NCBI RefSeq assembly: GCF_006345805.1
Contig: NC_043001.1
Location: 28,520,001 to 28,584,000, forward strand
Source of the DNA: Octopus sinensis
Lineage: Eukaryota
Direction: 5' to 3'
DNA length: 64,000 nucleotides
Part shown: positions 1 through 13,835 of the stretch, piece after piece
Layout: each line of letters begins with the position of its first letter
How positions within the stretch are numbered: the first letter of the stretch is position 1
The notes under the pieces: model-generated
Told to the model about the DNA's origin: nothing
The model's database searches: none
The model's input: the letters and a program-made list of their open reading frames with translations, nothing else
Translations under genes and position numbers: made by a program

Positions 1-707
1 TGAGTTCAGTACCACTGCATGGTATCTTAAGCAAGTGTCTTCTATTATAGCTCCAAGTGACCCAATGCATTGTGAATGAATTTGGTAGACAGAAACAGTG
101 TGTAAGTCAGTTACATATCTTTCATCATCATCATCAACATGATTGTTTAATACCAATTTTGCATGCTGGCATGGGTTGGACAGTTTGACAGGAACCGGCC
201 AGCTAGAGAGCTGTCCAGGCTCCAACTGACCGTTTTAGCATGGTATCAATGGCTGGATGCCGTTCCTAATGCCAACTACTTTACAGAGTGCCCTGGATGC
301 TTTTTATGTGCCACCAGCATGTGTGCATTTATGTGGCACTGGTACAAGAGCACTTGTTGTATCCATATATATAAGTTATAAATAACAAGAGAAATATAAT
401 AATGATAAAATCATGGAGCTTTTTGTTTTTTCTACGAGTACCACCAAATCAGCTGAATCCATATGTGTATAAATTTTAATGAAATAGTAGTCATGGCTGT
501 TGTTAGTGTCATGTAAATGGCAACCGTGAAATCATAGTCATGACCATTGTCGGTGTAACGCAAATGGTACCCGTGCCAGTGGTACATAAAAAGCCCCACC
601 ATATTCTTGGATTGGTTAGCATTAGGAAGGGCATCCAGGCACTTCCAGTTGAACTGTCTAACCCGTACCAGCATAGAAAGCAGACATTAAATTATGATGA
701 TGTGTGA

Positions 708-757
<50 letters not shown>

Positions 758-758
<1 letters not shown>

Positions 759-1060
759 CAATTGCAGTGTGGAAGGTGTTTATAAGCCATTTAAGAAACA
801 CAAAAAAACCGTTAGATTCACTTCAACATTTAAATTTAATTTGTCAAAATATTTTCGGCGCTTTGAGACCGCGACCTGTTCACTGACAAAATTCCGTGCT
901 GCATCTGAGAAAGTAACAGTTAGTTCATGATATATATATATGTACGTATGTTTTTGTATGTTTCTTAAATGGCTTATAAACACCTTCCATGCTGCAACTG
1001 TTTTCGTTCCAGCACACGATCTCAGATCAGGTCACTTGCTATGCAAGTACATCTCAGTAT
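758..1060. mobile_element. Penelope-like repeat with ~45-bp internal inverted arms (second copy 31501-31750)
   Basis: Arms ttgcagtgtggaaggtgtttataagccatttaagaaaca / tgtttcttaaatggcttataaacaccttccatgctgcaa, TA-microsatellite flanks, enclosed hammerhead-like fold. The family assignment is inference. Confidence 0.55.
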
Positions 1061-1564
1061 ACATACATACATACACACATGTGTGTGATAACTCATGACA
1101 ACTATTTGATCACTGGTGTTGATTTGTTTATGCCTCCATAATTTAGTGGTCTCTGGCAAAAGAGACCAAAGCAATAAGTACTAGACTTACAAAAATCATA
1201 AGTACAAGGGTCGATTTGAGTAAAAGACCAAGACTATGCTTCAGCATAATTACCATAACATGGAGGATCTCTGTTTAACAAATTCCTTTCAAGTTCAATC
1301 AGAATCAATTTTTAACAATATAATTACTAAGATTGAATTAAGAAATCACAAAATGTTGTCATTGATTAAATTTTTAGTATGATTTCATAATGTCAAAGAA
1401 GCAAATATTATTTCAAAAATAAAACCAGTAATCTTGCTTACAAGAATTACAGGTAAAATAAAAGCATTTTGAAACAACTATGTCAGTCAAAAGAAAAAGG
1501 TTAGTGAAGCAAAATCGGAATACTTTATGAACATAGACAAGATAATAATAATAACAATAATAAC

Positions 1565-1599
<35 letters not shown>

Positions 1600-1601
<2 letters not shown>

Positions 1602-2375
1602 GCCCTGATTCAGTATCAGACATTGGATCTCATGGCTTCTGATCTTAACTGATTGGAAGTTTTATCATGTACATCAGTTTGTCGTGATATAAAAGATGAT
1701 ATGTGTATCTTTGATCACAAACAAAAGTAGCTGGGGAACATCATAGTCATGTGTTGAGAGGAATTCTTTATAGATTTAAATAATTCACCTCTGGAAACAT
1801 AGGCGTTTTTTTTTTTCCAAAATCCTTAAACAAACCTTATTCAGGGACCTTTTGAGCAGGGTGGACTACTCAACCTGAAGAAAATTCTAACTGGGCCCCA
1901 CCTGCAAGGTTATGCGCTGTTTATTTTGACATGAGATCACCATGTCGTGCACATATGGTTGTGATGCATGTGCCTGACGTACCCTCATTAGACAAGTAGT
2001 CATGATGGGTATACTGGGCTTCATATATTATAGCCCAGTGTCACTTTGATGGCATGCACTGCTCTCTCACATAATAATAATAATGATGATGATGATGATG
2101 ATGATGATGAGAGGGATTCTTTGGGGTTTGAATAATTCAAAATCTTTAAACAACCCTTATTCAGAGACCTCTTGAGCAGGATGTGTTACTCGATCAGAAG
2201 AAAATTCTAACTGAGCCCCAACCTGCAAGGTCATGTGCTGTTTATCTTGATATGAGATCACCATGTCGCACACATATGGTTGTGATGCATGTACCTAGTG
2301 TACCCATATCAGACAGGTAGTCATGATGGGCGTACTGGGCTCCGTATATTTTATCCCAGTGTCATTTTGATGGAG
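1600..2375. repeat. Interspersed repeat with a partial tandem duplication (~1755-2050 repeated at ~2110-2375)
   Basis: Shared blocks such as gaagaaaattctaactg..cctgcaaggt..tgagatcaccatgtcg; bounded by (AAT)n tracts. Confidence 0.75.
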
Positions 2376-2629
2376 ATAATAATAATAATAATAATAATAG
2401 TAATAATAATGATAATGGCTTCAAATTTTGCCACATGGGCAGTAATTATGCTGGATGGGATAAATCGATTACATCAACCCCAGGGTTTAACTGGTACTTA
2501 TTTTATCAACCCTGAAAGGATGAAAGGTAAAGTTAACCTCAGCGGAATTTGAACTCAGAATGTTAAAACAAAATGCTGCTAAGCATTTTCTGTGACATGC
2601 TAACAATTCTGCCTGCTTACTATCTTCTC

Positions 2630-2661
<32 letters not shown>

Positions 2662-4989
2662 TAATAATAATAACAGCAACAATAATGATAATGATGATGA
2701 TAATGTTGATGATGATGAAATTGTAAGCTACTGTAATTAATAGCAGCAAAAATGACACTTATTAAACGATTATTAGTAGCATAAATAATTATTAAAATTT
2801 TTATTGCTCCATTTCGCCTTTGCAGAGATTTTTCTCTTCTCATTGTTAAATAAGCAGTGGATCAAATTAAAATTCTAATGGCAAATACTCAGGAAAGGTC
2901 ACCACTGAATGCAATAAAATAGACAGAAAAAGCAACATATTCAGAAATCTACAGGAAGAGATGGTCATCTCATTAGCTTTAACTATTACCTAGTTTGTGT
3001 GAGCATTAAATGAATATTTCAATGGTCATACAGGAATATGCACCATAAGATTAAACCAATAGAATGATAGAAGATGGTTTACTTTGATAGAATGATACAA
3101 GATGGTTTAGAATGATACAAGATGGTTTACTTTGAAATAATCATGAATCAATTTAAAATTCAAATTCAATTTCGAAATTGTATGAAAAGTAGATTAAGGA
3201 GTAAGTACAAATTTTCATGATATATTATGCTATGTTATACAATACTAACAATATAGTACAATGTAATATAATCACATTGAATATTGAACAAACAACTCAT
3301 TCAGAGCTCTTTAAATGATAAAAAAAAGAACAACCATTAACCCATTTGTTACCATATTTCTACATTCCTACAATACCTCAGTTTCAATTAACTTTGGAAA
3401 TAAGGAAGAATTTAGTAAAAAAACTAATTCTATCATTATTAAGATGATGTTTGAAATTAGCACAAAATTTTGATAAAGGTTTTTTTTTTTTTTGGAAACA
3501 AGACATTTTATATCATAAAAAACCAGGGGGTTGTGCTATCTTAGGCAGGTTGGCATCATAAGGGTTGAACATATGATGTATTTAACCATTCTAACACCAA
3601 CATACATAAATGACAAGCAACGTGTAATTTATTTTTTAACTTATTTCATTTCTAACAGTATTTCATTCCTTTTATTCAGCTAGATAGATATTTATAAAAC
3701 TTTTACAATCATTTTAGTAATTTATTTTTTTCTTCATTGAACCCTAAAACTCATAAAGTTAGATAATCAGTATCCATAGCATGTATCTGACCAAAATCAC
3801 ATTTTCCTTGAACAAGACGTCAATCCATCACAGGGTCCAAAACCAGCAATTTTTGAGGGAAGACACTCACTTGAGTGCATCAACCTCGGTACTTGACAGG
3901 CTCTTTATTTTATCAACCCCAAAGGAATGAAAGGCAAAGTTGACCTCAACAGGATTTTAATCAGAATGTAGAGACCTGAAAGAAATGATGCAAAGCATTT
4001 TGTCTGACATGCTAATGATTCTACCACCTCACCACCTTATACATTCACTGCGTGATTTACCTGTAATTGCTACTTGGGAAGGAATAGTGAACAAGAAACA
4101 TAAGGAACTGACTATAAACAAATCAGGATTTGCTAGATGAAGGCTAACATTGATAATGATATAATATATGTGTCTAACTATCAAACAGAATCAGTGGAAT
4201 AGAATTTGATTATCTTATAATAATTAAGGATATCAATGGAAGGCCTTACATTTCTGAATGAAAATATTTAAAAAAAGATACTATTAATTTCTCTCCCTCA
4301 CACACACACATACAAGTCTAAAATATAAATTACAGTATACATGATATAGAAATTCCAAGCTATACATTTTTATTTTCAAAGAGATGAGTGATTTTCCTAG
4401 GTTCAGATAGAACATTGCACAGACATGAAATAAAGGGGAAAAAAATAGTTTTAGAATACCGAAGGAACAGAAAATGAATGCAAAAAGAAAAAAAAAAGAA
4501 TTTTCCTCCAAAAATAACAAAAGATGTTTTGTTTTTTTTTGTTAGTATTTACTCATCTAAATATATTCACTCATGCCAAAACATGCCTTGCTGCCTCTTT
4601 CAATGGTAAGAAGGAAGAAACGTCATATCATGCATATATATTCGGTAATGCATCAGATTCTAGTTTAGTATCACTCTGAATAAATCCCTAATCTTCTTAG
4701 TCCTCAGTGTGTGCGTGTGTGATATTCTAAAATAACATTTCTGAAAGTTTTATTCTAAGAATGTTACTTCCATAAAAGATCAAATCTATCGCCAAAAAGT
4801 TAAAATTTTATCTCTTCTTTCACTAGGATGAACCAAAAAACAAAGAATGGGTATATGAAATGCTATATGAAATGTAATAAGCTGTATTTCTTTTTTTTTT
4901 CTTAATATTCTATATAAAAGACAGTCAAAGAATAGATTTTGTATTGGGAAATGTGTATACCAAAGCCAAGTAGTATCATTTCTCTCAGT

Positions 4990-5430
4990 CACAGTTCAAT
5001 CCAACTGAGCAATACCTTAAGCATGTATCTTCAATCACAGCTTCAACCTCAATCAGGGCTTCACTTCTTAATGAGAAACCCCTTCCCAAGACTCCTTCCA
5101 CTGTCATCAGCCTCAAGCCAGCTATGGCCATGTAGGCTACAGGTAGAGGGTGAGATCATCTCACCATCTTGTCTTTGGTCAGCCTCTTGATCTTGTCCAT
5201 TGTTTTGGTGTGTTTCATCCCTCCGATTGTCCATCTGTTGTTCTTCAGTTGTGTGATGAGGACAGCCCATCTATATCTGTTCTCCTTGATAGTCTTTATG
5301 ATGTCCCTAAGTGTGATGCTGAGCAGGATTTAATTGGGCTACAATGAGGGTGTTCAAGACAGTAGTTTCGAGAACCCATGTTTCACTACTGCAAATCATC
5401 ACTGGCAGGATGTACTTGTTGAAGATCTTT
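4990..5430 (-). mobile_element. RTE-like LINE, decayed C-terminal ORF fragment
   Basis: Minus strand reads FNKYILPVMICSSETW.., a typical post-RT motif; frameshifted. Confidence 0.6.
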
Positions 5431-6662
5431 CAAAATTTACTTTGGTATATCAAAATTCTCTAGTTCATATCGTCTTGGTATATAAATAAACTTAATGTTA
5501 TGTATGTATGAATGTTTGTATGAATGTATGTACATACGTACGTATGTACATAGCTCAATATGTCACACTTTGAATGTTACCTAGCACTAGCAGGAAACAC
5601 TAACAATAAAACGAACACAACCAAAGTCATAAAAAATGCTTTTGACTGAATTGCATGGAGTGGACTAATAAATGGTGCTGGTTACATTGTGTTACAAACT
5701 ATATAGAAAATGATATAGCTATAAGTGTACTAAGAGTTACAACTGATTATAATGATATGGCTCTTGGCCTGCTTAACTTTCAGTGTCTCAGTCCATCCTG
5801 ATATATAAATGTACAATGAGAAAGTACAACTTATTAGCTTAGTCCCTGGACAAGTGTATAAAACTGAAGTGCTGAGCATAAATCCTGCTATTAACCAACA
5901 GTGAGAATAGTTAATAAATGAAAAACAAAAAACATTTATAAATAATTTGGTCTAAAATTATAAACAAAAGATGTGTATGCTGGTGCTTGTCAAATGAAAT
6001 AAGAGACTAGTGTTTCAAGAAGAAAAGGATCACCTAAAACATTTCCAATCTAATTCTTGCCAATGAAGACCATCACACACCTACCAATACTAATTCTTAT
6101 ATAAGTGAACTAGAGAACCTCTGCATGGTGACTCAAACTGTAAGAAATAGCAGCTAAATTACCACCTCAAATTACAATTTACTATTTTTAAAATGTGAGG
6201 GAACACATTAGATAATATAGTCCTAGATACACAAAGTCCAAAAAAAAAAACCTGGACTACATTTTAGTACAGGTCTGCTTGATCTGAGATGAACTCAGGT
6301 GACAACTACTCTTCAACATTGATTGGATCTTTGTGTTTTTTGGGTTTTTTTTTTTAAATTAATTCTCGTTGTTTTTCTAAATATCCAGAGTGATATCAAA
6401 CATAGTATGAAGTGGTTGGTGGATAAAAGGAGACATATTACAGGCAGGAAAGGCGAGGTTGTAAAAGGTCAGATAGACAGATGTTCAAAGACAGCCATAA
6501 AAAAAAAATAAACAATTAGGAAATGCAGGATTTTATTTTCTTGAAATTTTTATGACAGCCAAAATTATTCAAGAGGTATTTATCTACAGTTTTTTTCCTA
6601 CTATTTTGGAAGAATAATTTGGTAAGTAAAATATAGCATTATCAGCTGGATGAAGGCCTTAC

Positions 6663-6695
6663 CACGGGATTTGATCAATACAGATGCACGTTTTT
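6663..6695 (-). CDS. ARAP: Candidate symmetric 33-nt exon (EKRASVLIKSR) in the PH3 beta1-beta2 loop
   Basis: Acceptor ttttctccag, donor GTG/gtaagg; phase 1-1 and open after exon t; no motif-level proof. Confidence 0.5.
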
Positions 6696-7268
6696 CTGGA
6701 GAAAACCAATTAAAAAAAAAAATGGCAAGGACCAAATCGGATAAGAAGAACACACAAAAAATTTAAAAAAAGATTATAACAAAAATTAATTAAACATTGC
6801 AAGGTAATTTAAGATGCAACAAACGAACAGGTGTGGATAAAATTAATGGTGAAATTGTTAATATCATGTAATTCATAATATTGGGTTTAACTGGATAAAG
6901 GAATTTTAGAAATAAATAATGCTATTGCAGAAAACATGCTTGGATGGAATATCAAAAATAAAATATCACAATACCATATATGGGTAATTAGGAAATATAA
7001 AATAATCAGGTATAATCGATGGTGCATTTGCCATGCACTAGTGTCTAGCAAAACGTATCTGTGTGCACTGCAGGTGTATTTTTAAATACAGGCATGGAAT
7101 AGATGTGTGGTTTAGAAATTCATTTCCAAATCATATGGTTTCAGGTTTGCTTCAGGCCAACCTAAGTTCTGTGTGGATTTGGTAGTCAGGAACTAAATAA
7201 GCCCATCACATATGTATGTATGTGTGTATGGAGGGAAGGATATGTATGTGTGTGTGTGTATATATATA

Positions 7269-7343
<75 letters not shown>

Positions 7344-8139
7344 TCTGAGTGGTTGGTATTAGGAAGGGCATCCAGCTGTAGAAACTCTGCCAGATCAAGA
7401 TTGGAGCCTGGTGCAGCCATCTGGTTCACCAGTCTTCAATCAAATCGTCCAACCTGTGCTAGCATGGAAAGCGGATGTTAAACGATGATGATGATATATC
7501 TATATATAATTGATAATACCAGGGTAATAAAGATCTTAGAAATTTTTACTACCAGTGGCCTAGTGTATAGAAAAATTAGTCAATAGACTATATATTATTT
7601 ATATAAAATACAGTGTACATTTAAACACATTAAGAGGTTTCCATCATAGGACTCCCTTACGCTAGAAGGAACAGCTAAAGTCCAAACCACAAATTAGGGA
7701 TAAATCGGCACGGCGAACATACATTTAAAAATAGTATATCTTAAAATGAGTTAATGTATGATCCCAAAACATATTACTATATTAACTTCAACTGTATCCT
7801 TTCCCACCGATGAGACAGCCATAGTAGGAGACCCTGATTAAACACATTGATCCTTTGATTCTCCGCCCAACTTAATGAAGCTTAATCTTGTCAAAGCTAC
7901 CTAACAGTGGCAAGATTATGGTAATCTATCATTTAAATATTTAGCATTTATAATTATGAAATAATGTTAACTTTTACCTTATAATGTTTACGACGGTCTG
8001 TTTCATTTACCCTAATATAACAGCCGGGGCAACATTTTTTTCCACAACGTAAATTATTTACACATTTTATCATTGCAGATTTTAAACAGAAGATTTATCA
8101 CAAAACTTTTTTATACACCTATAACCCTATTGATTTTCT

Positions 8140-10060
8140 TGGGCATCAATCAAGCTTCAGGAAGGATAGGTGATCTTTTTTTTGAGGGAGTGGTATGTGA
8201 AGCCATGCAAACTGCAGCCAGAGGAGAGATGAGTATTGTTTGACCACTGGTCACAATGTGCTTCCAATTCTGTTTTGATTGAGATAGTCTTGTCCATCTT
8301 GACTCAAATTGCCAATGGGAATACAAATACAGTTTGTAAATCATCAAACAACTTTGTGGCAGCAACATCTGCCAGTTTTCTCCCAACAGAGATAAAGATG
8401 GCACTATAATAACAAATAAACAAAATCAAGTGGAAGGACAAGTCCAACACTTCTAGGAAGTGATAAACTATCTTCAGCCAAACAAGCCTGCTAACTCTTG
8501 ACCAACAATAGATGTGCTTAACATCAACATTAGTCTATCTATTGGGTCATCTTATAAATAATGCATTTTTTTTTTTCAATTGCATGAACTAAAAGTCAGA
8601 GGAGGATGGGATAAACTACCTGCATCAACTTACTACAAAAGCAGGTAGTAATTTTACCTTGTCCTTATTCTTAGTGCAAGTTTTGAAGTGTGCAGTTCGA
8701 TTTTAACAAATATTTTTCAAAGCCATAATGGAAGTGACAAAGGAGCATATTCAGCATATTTTGCTTTAAGAGTTCAATAAAGGCAACAATGCAATGGAAA
8801 GTGTGAGGAATATAAATGCAGTATATGGGGATCGGACAATAAGCATAAGCCAGTGTCAGAGGTGGTTCCAGAAATTCTGAGCCAAAAACTACAGCTTAGA
8901 AAGCAAGCCTCATCCTGAAAGATCTGTAGAGCTCAACAAGTACGTCCTGCAAAACCTGGTGGAACAAAATCTCTTCATAACTGTTGAAGAACTAGAAGAG
9001 AAGCTTGGATTTGGTCATTCAATCATTCATCGACACCTGTGTGCCATTGGAAAAGTTGGCAAATTGGGTCAATGGGTTCCTCACAAACTTCCTGAGTCTA
9101 AGTGAACGTGTGCTCTTCTTTGCTGTCAAGTCTCAAGAATGAAACTTTTTTAGACCAAATAATGACTGGTGACAAGAAATGGGTCCTCTGTAAAAATGTC
9201 AAGCACCAAAGACAGTAGGTAGGGAAAGGAGAAACTCCAGCACCCCATGCAAAAGGTCTTCACCTACATAATGTGTTGTTACCTGTTTGGTGGGATATGA
9301 AAGGTTTAGACCACTTTGAACTTTTAAACCCACACCAAATGATAAGAAAGGAGATATACTGCGAACAGCTTGAGTAGCATAAGTCAGAGCTAGCTTTGGT
9401 TTTAAGACAAAGATGTTCTTCCATCAGGATAATGCTCAGCCACATACAGCAAGGATGATATTCCAAAGGCTGGAGCAGTTTGAATGGGAAACGATACCCC
9501 ACCCACCATATTTGCCAGACATTGCCCCATCTGATTATCATTTATTCTGCAGTCTTCAAAATCATTTTGAGAGAAAAAATATGAATTCTGTAGATGAGAT
9601 CAAAACAGTACTGGAGGAGTATTTTTCATCATGGACAAGTGAATTTTGGAAGAGGAGCCTTGCAAGTCTACCAGATAGATGGAATAGCATTGTAGAAAAT
9701 AAAGGAGAGTGTATCTTAAATTTAAAAAAATTTTATTTATCTTAATTTTGCAAAATAAAAGAAGTGTAAAAAAAAAACCGCATTATTTATAGGATGATCT
9801 AATACATCAATTGAGATCCCCATGGAAGCTATCAAAGCCAGGAAGTGTGGCAGAGAAGCAGGTGTTGACTTAATCTGTGCAGAGATGATTAAGCCAGATA
9901 TTCCTACATTAATACTAGTGCTACTTTATCTTTTTAGGAGCATCTTGGAGGGTAACTCCAGTCTGACTGACTGGTTTATTGCCAAACCTCCTAAGAATGG
10001 CAACTTATACAAATACAATAACTGGTGTGGTATCACTCCTTTCCATCCCTAAAGTCAATA
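8140..10060 (+). mobile_element. RTE-clade LINE fragment interrupted by the mariner
   Basis: After 9804 it reads EAIKARKCGREAGVDLICAEMIK..DW..KPPKNGNL..NNWCGIT (pre-RT region); similar decayed LINE sequence lies at about 8140-8540. Confidence 0.7.
8542..9802 (+). mobile_element. Full-length decayed mariner (DD34D) transposon
   Basis: TIRs ttgggtcatcttataaataatgc / gcattatttataggatgatctaa flanked by TA. The transposase starts at ATG 8728 and has WVPHKL, IMTGDKKWV, FHQDNAQPH and YLPDIAPSDYHLF motifs, with several stops and frameshifts. Confidence 0.92.
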
Positions 10061-13000
10061 TTAGCAAATAATAATTTTTTTTTTTTATTTCAGCAAATAT
10101 GGAAATATGGAGATAACTCAAAGCATGTGTTGGTCTTATTATGACCTCACCAGCAAAGCATACACTTTACTGTACTTGCTAAAGAACCAATGAATGAATC
10201 ATTATGCAAATGTAGATTGTACACTGAGTGGTATAGGAAAATAGAATTGTTTTATCTTTTACTGGCTTCAGTCATTGGACTGTGGCCATACTGGAGTACC
10301 ACCTTGAAGGGTTTCATCAAGCAAATCAATGACTGTTTATACTTTTTTAAGCCTAGTAGATATTCTATCAGTTGCTTTTAATGAACTTCTAGGTTACTGG
10401 AATGTAAACAAACTAGTACCAGCCATCAAGCAAGGGAGGGGCAAACACAATCACAGTCATACACATACACACACACGATAGGCTTCTTTCAGTTTCTGTC
10501 TACCTAATCCACTCGCAAGAATTTGGTCAGCCTGGGGCTATAGAAGAAGACATTTGCCCAAGGTGCCACACAGTGGGACTGAACCAAAGACCACGTGGTT
10601 GGGAAGCAAGTTCCTTAACCACACAGCCACATAAACACCCATATAGAAAATATTTTGTTGAAAGATCTGGTGTACATAATACATTTCTTCAAGAATAGAT
10701 TCACATCATCTTTTGTCATTTATTTCAAAATAAAATTACAGTGAACAAGCAATAAAATTCAAGATCGTTGTCTTCATCTGATGAGGATTTTTAAGCTCGA
10801 CCTGCTTATAAAAGCAAACATCACTCAATACTGAATATGGAAAAAAATATTATTTTTAAAATAAAGAAATTGATATATCATTCAATAACAGCTGTCAGAA
10901 AACTTTACTCAAGACCACATCAATAGGACATTGTATGCATGTCAAAGTGCACAAATTAGCTAAATTAAGATACTTGGCTATTGTCTAAATATTATGTGTT
11001 CATATCTATCTACATGCTCGAGAGTGTTTGCCTCGTTAAAAATATCTCTATAATCAATTTGTGTAGCAGCTTCAATTCAATTCTATTTAATTTTTATTGT
11101 CTCAAAAAGCAAAAGCAAGGCCATGTAAGGGGGGGGGCAGGGAGTTATGTACAGAGAGGGTGGTCATACAAAGAGTTCAGGCCATTTCTGGTCAAGAGAG
11201 GCTTTGAACCGAGCGGTCATCGGCATCTTTACTATCTCGTCTGGCAGCTTATTCCATGGATCCACAACCCGGACGGAGAAAGCCCCTCTCCTTCGATTGA
11301 GATGAAATCGTCGTAGATAGAGCTTTACGGAGTGACCCCGTAGCCCAGCTTAATTGCATACCTAAACATTAGCAATGAACTTAAATCTTCATTACCTCCC
11401 TTCTACTTCTAATGAACAATGATTTATACAAATAATTTGAGAAGAAAATTTGAAAATTAAATAGCAAACAATTTCATATAATACACTATTATGTGAATTT
11501 ATGTATAAGGTCATAAGATAAGTGAGGAACAGATGAGTTGAATGAAGGGGAAAAGATACAGATGTTGAATGCTTTTAAAAGATTTCTGTAGAGAAACGGG
11601 TAATAATAAAAGCAAACGTTACCGAAGACTTAAATTTTATTTTATTTGACAGAACAGAGATGTAAGGGTTTAAATTTGAAACACAGTTAGCTGTAAGAGT
11701 AAGGGATAACAAACAGAAGAGCAGAGAGAATGCCAATAAAAGAACAGTAAACTATTAAAAGATAAGGAGAGAGAAAATAAGGTGATATTGCATAAAGGGA
11801 AGATCAGTATAAAAACTGTGATATAGTAATGCAAGCAGATGAAAGATGCAGTTAGAAAATTGCCTTGAAAGATATATAAATAGAATAGGCAAAAAGAAGT
11901 AACAGTAGAAAGATCAGCATTGATTTAAGAACTAAAATCTATCTCTCACATGGCCAAAAATGTTGATGTTATGTGAGAAATATTCCTGATTTTCCAATAA
12001 AATCATGAAATCTTTTGATTCACTCTATAAATTACCCAAGGAACAATCAGTTCTCTTCTACCAGTGGACTATGGTACCTTACAACTCACTATAATAAGAA
12101 CCATAAAACCAAAATATTTAAAACCAATTTCCCTACTTGACTAGTAGTTTTTTATTTTTTTATTCTTTCTGTGGTCAAATAAAATAGAGACTTGGCAGAA
12201 TTTGAACTGGTAACTCACTGGAGGACTATAACATTAATCACACATTTCAGTAACACACACATACACACACACATCTATATCACATACTAAAAACTTAAAT
12301 TTTAAGTTTATTTTTTTTATTCTTTAAATCCTCAAAAATAAAACACCTTTTACTTGTTTCAGTCATTTGACTGCGGCCATGCTGGAGCACCGCCTTTAGT
12401 CGAGCAAATCGACCCCAGGACTTATTCTCTGTAAGCCTAGTACTTATTCTATCGGTCTGTTTTGCTGAACCGCTAAGTTACGGGGATGTAAACACACCAG
12501 CACCGGTTGTCAAGCGATGTTGGGGGGGACAAACACACACACACCCATATATATAGAAATATACATATATATATGACAGGCTTCTTTCAGTTTCCATCTA
12601 CCAAATCCACTCACAAGGCTTTGGTCGGCCCGAGGCTATAGTAGAAGACACTTACCCAAGGTGCCACGCAGTGGGACTGAACCCGGAACCATGTGGTAGG
12701 TAAGCAAGCTACTTACCACACAGCCACTCTTGTGCCTAATTTTATTCCTAATATTCTTTATTCCTAATATTATTTTTTTAGTTGTTTTTGATCTGTTTCA
12801 TAACAGAAAATATAAATTGGGATAAACAGGTAAAACATTGGCTCCTTAATTAGATAATGATTTGGATGCAGTTCAGGACATGAAAAGGTCATTTTGAAAT
12901 GCACGAGAAAATATGTTAAATCTCTCATCTCACAGCTGAGTGGGTCATTCTTGGATGGACCTCTAGCAGTGCAATACAAGGTCCAACAAATACTGCATGC

Positions 13001-13388
13001 AAATATCCAAATTTTCAAAACTAACCAATGCTGGTAAAGGGTATAGAAAGGGGTAAACAGATATTCAATTATCAATAAAAAAAGTATTTGAATATTTGAC
13101 ATTCAAACAAACTGGATCTCATTATGTATTCTTCAAGTATCCTTCAAATGTTGGGCAATATGCTAAGCTTGAGAAGACCTGTTAAACCAAGTGAAATCAT
13201 AGTAGTGGCCAATGCCAGTGACATCTGACTGGCACCCACGCCGGTGGCATGTAAAAAGCACCATTCAAGTGATGGGCCTCATGGAGACAGTGACAGGTGA
13301 CCAAGTCCTTTGGCAATAGACTGTGCTTGTGTAGGCCTGTCAAGTGAATAAACATCTTTAAAATTGTATTTTCAAACCTTCTTTCATA

Positions 13389-13426
<38 letters not shown>

Positions 13427-13428
<2 letters not shown>

Positions 13429-13835
13429 TAGCAGCATAGCCCGGCGTTGCCCGGGTATGTAAGAGCCCCTAGTAGGCAACGACTAATCCCAATCTAGTTC
13501 TTTCCCTCTAGGGAACAAAGGCGCATGTGTAAGTTGCAATGTCTTCTCTTCACTCGAATACTTCTATGTATACGATGTTCCTAGCTGTCTCCCGACAGAA
13601 AATGTGTTGCATATAAAAAGCTTAGATTCTCGACCCCATGTTGAATTTATCAATTGTTTTCAGAACTGGGGGAACTTTTCAAAATTTTCGCTGCGTTAGT
13701 TTTGAATTATGACATTGGGCTATGTGTGTGTCAAGTTTCATCAGAATCGGTTGAAAGCCGTGGTCAGGGTGAGGGTACAACCAAACAGACACACAGAAAC
13801 ACACACAGACAAACTGCCGTTTATATAGAGAGAGA
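13427..13835 (-). mobile_element. Non-autonomous Helitron-like element, copy 1
   Basis: On minus: 5' TC(TC)TATATAAACGGC.., 3' GC hairpin CCCGGGCAACGCCGGG then CTAG. Confidence 0.75.

Noticed and set aside
4051-4097. Possible next PH3 exon (CAG/gtaaat donor on minus)
   Set aside because: In-frame TAG in the required phase and no PH motif
9413-9745. SETMAR-like host gene
   Set aside because: No SET domain; it is the 3' third of a TIR-bounded mariner with stops upstream
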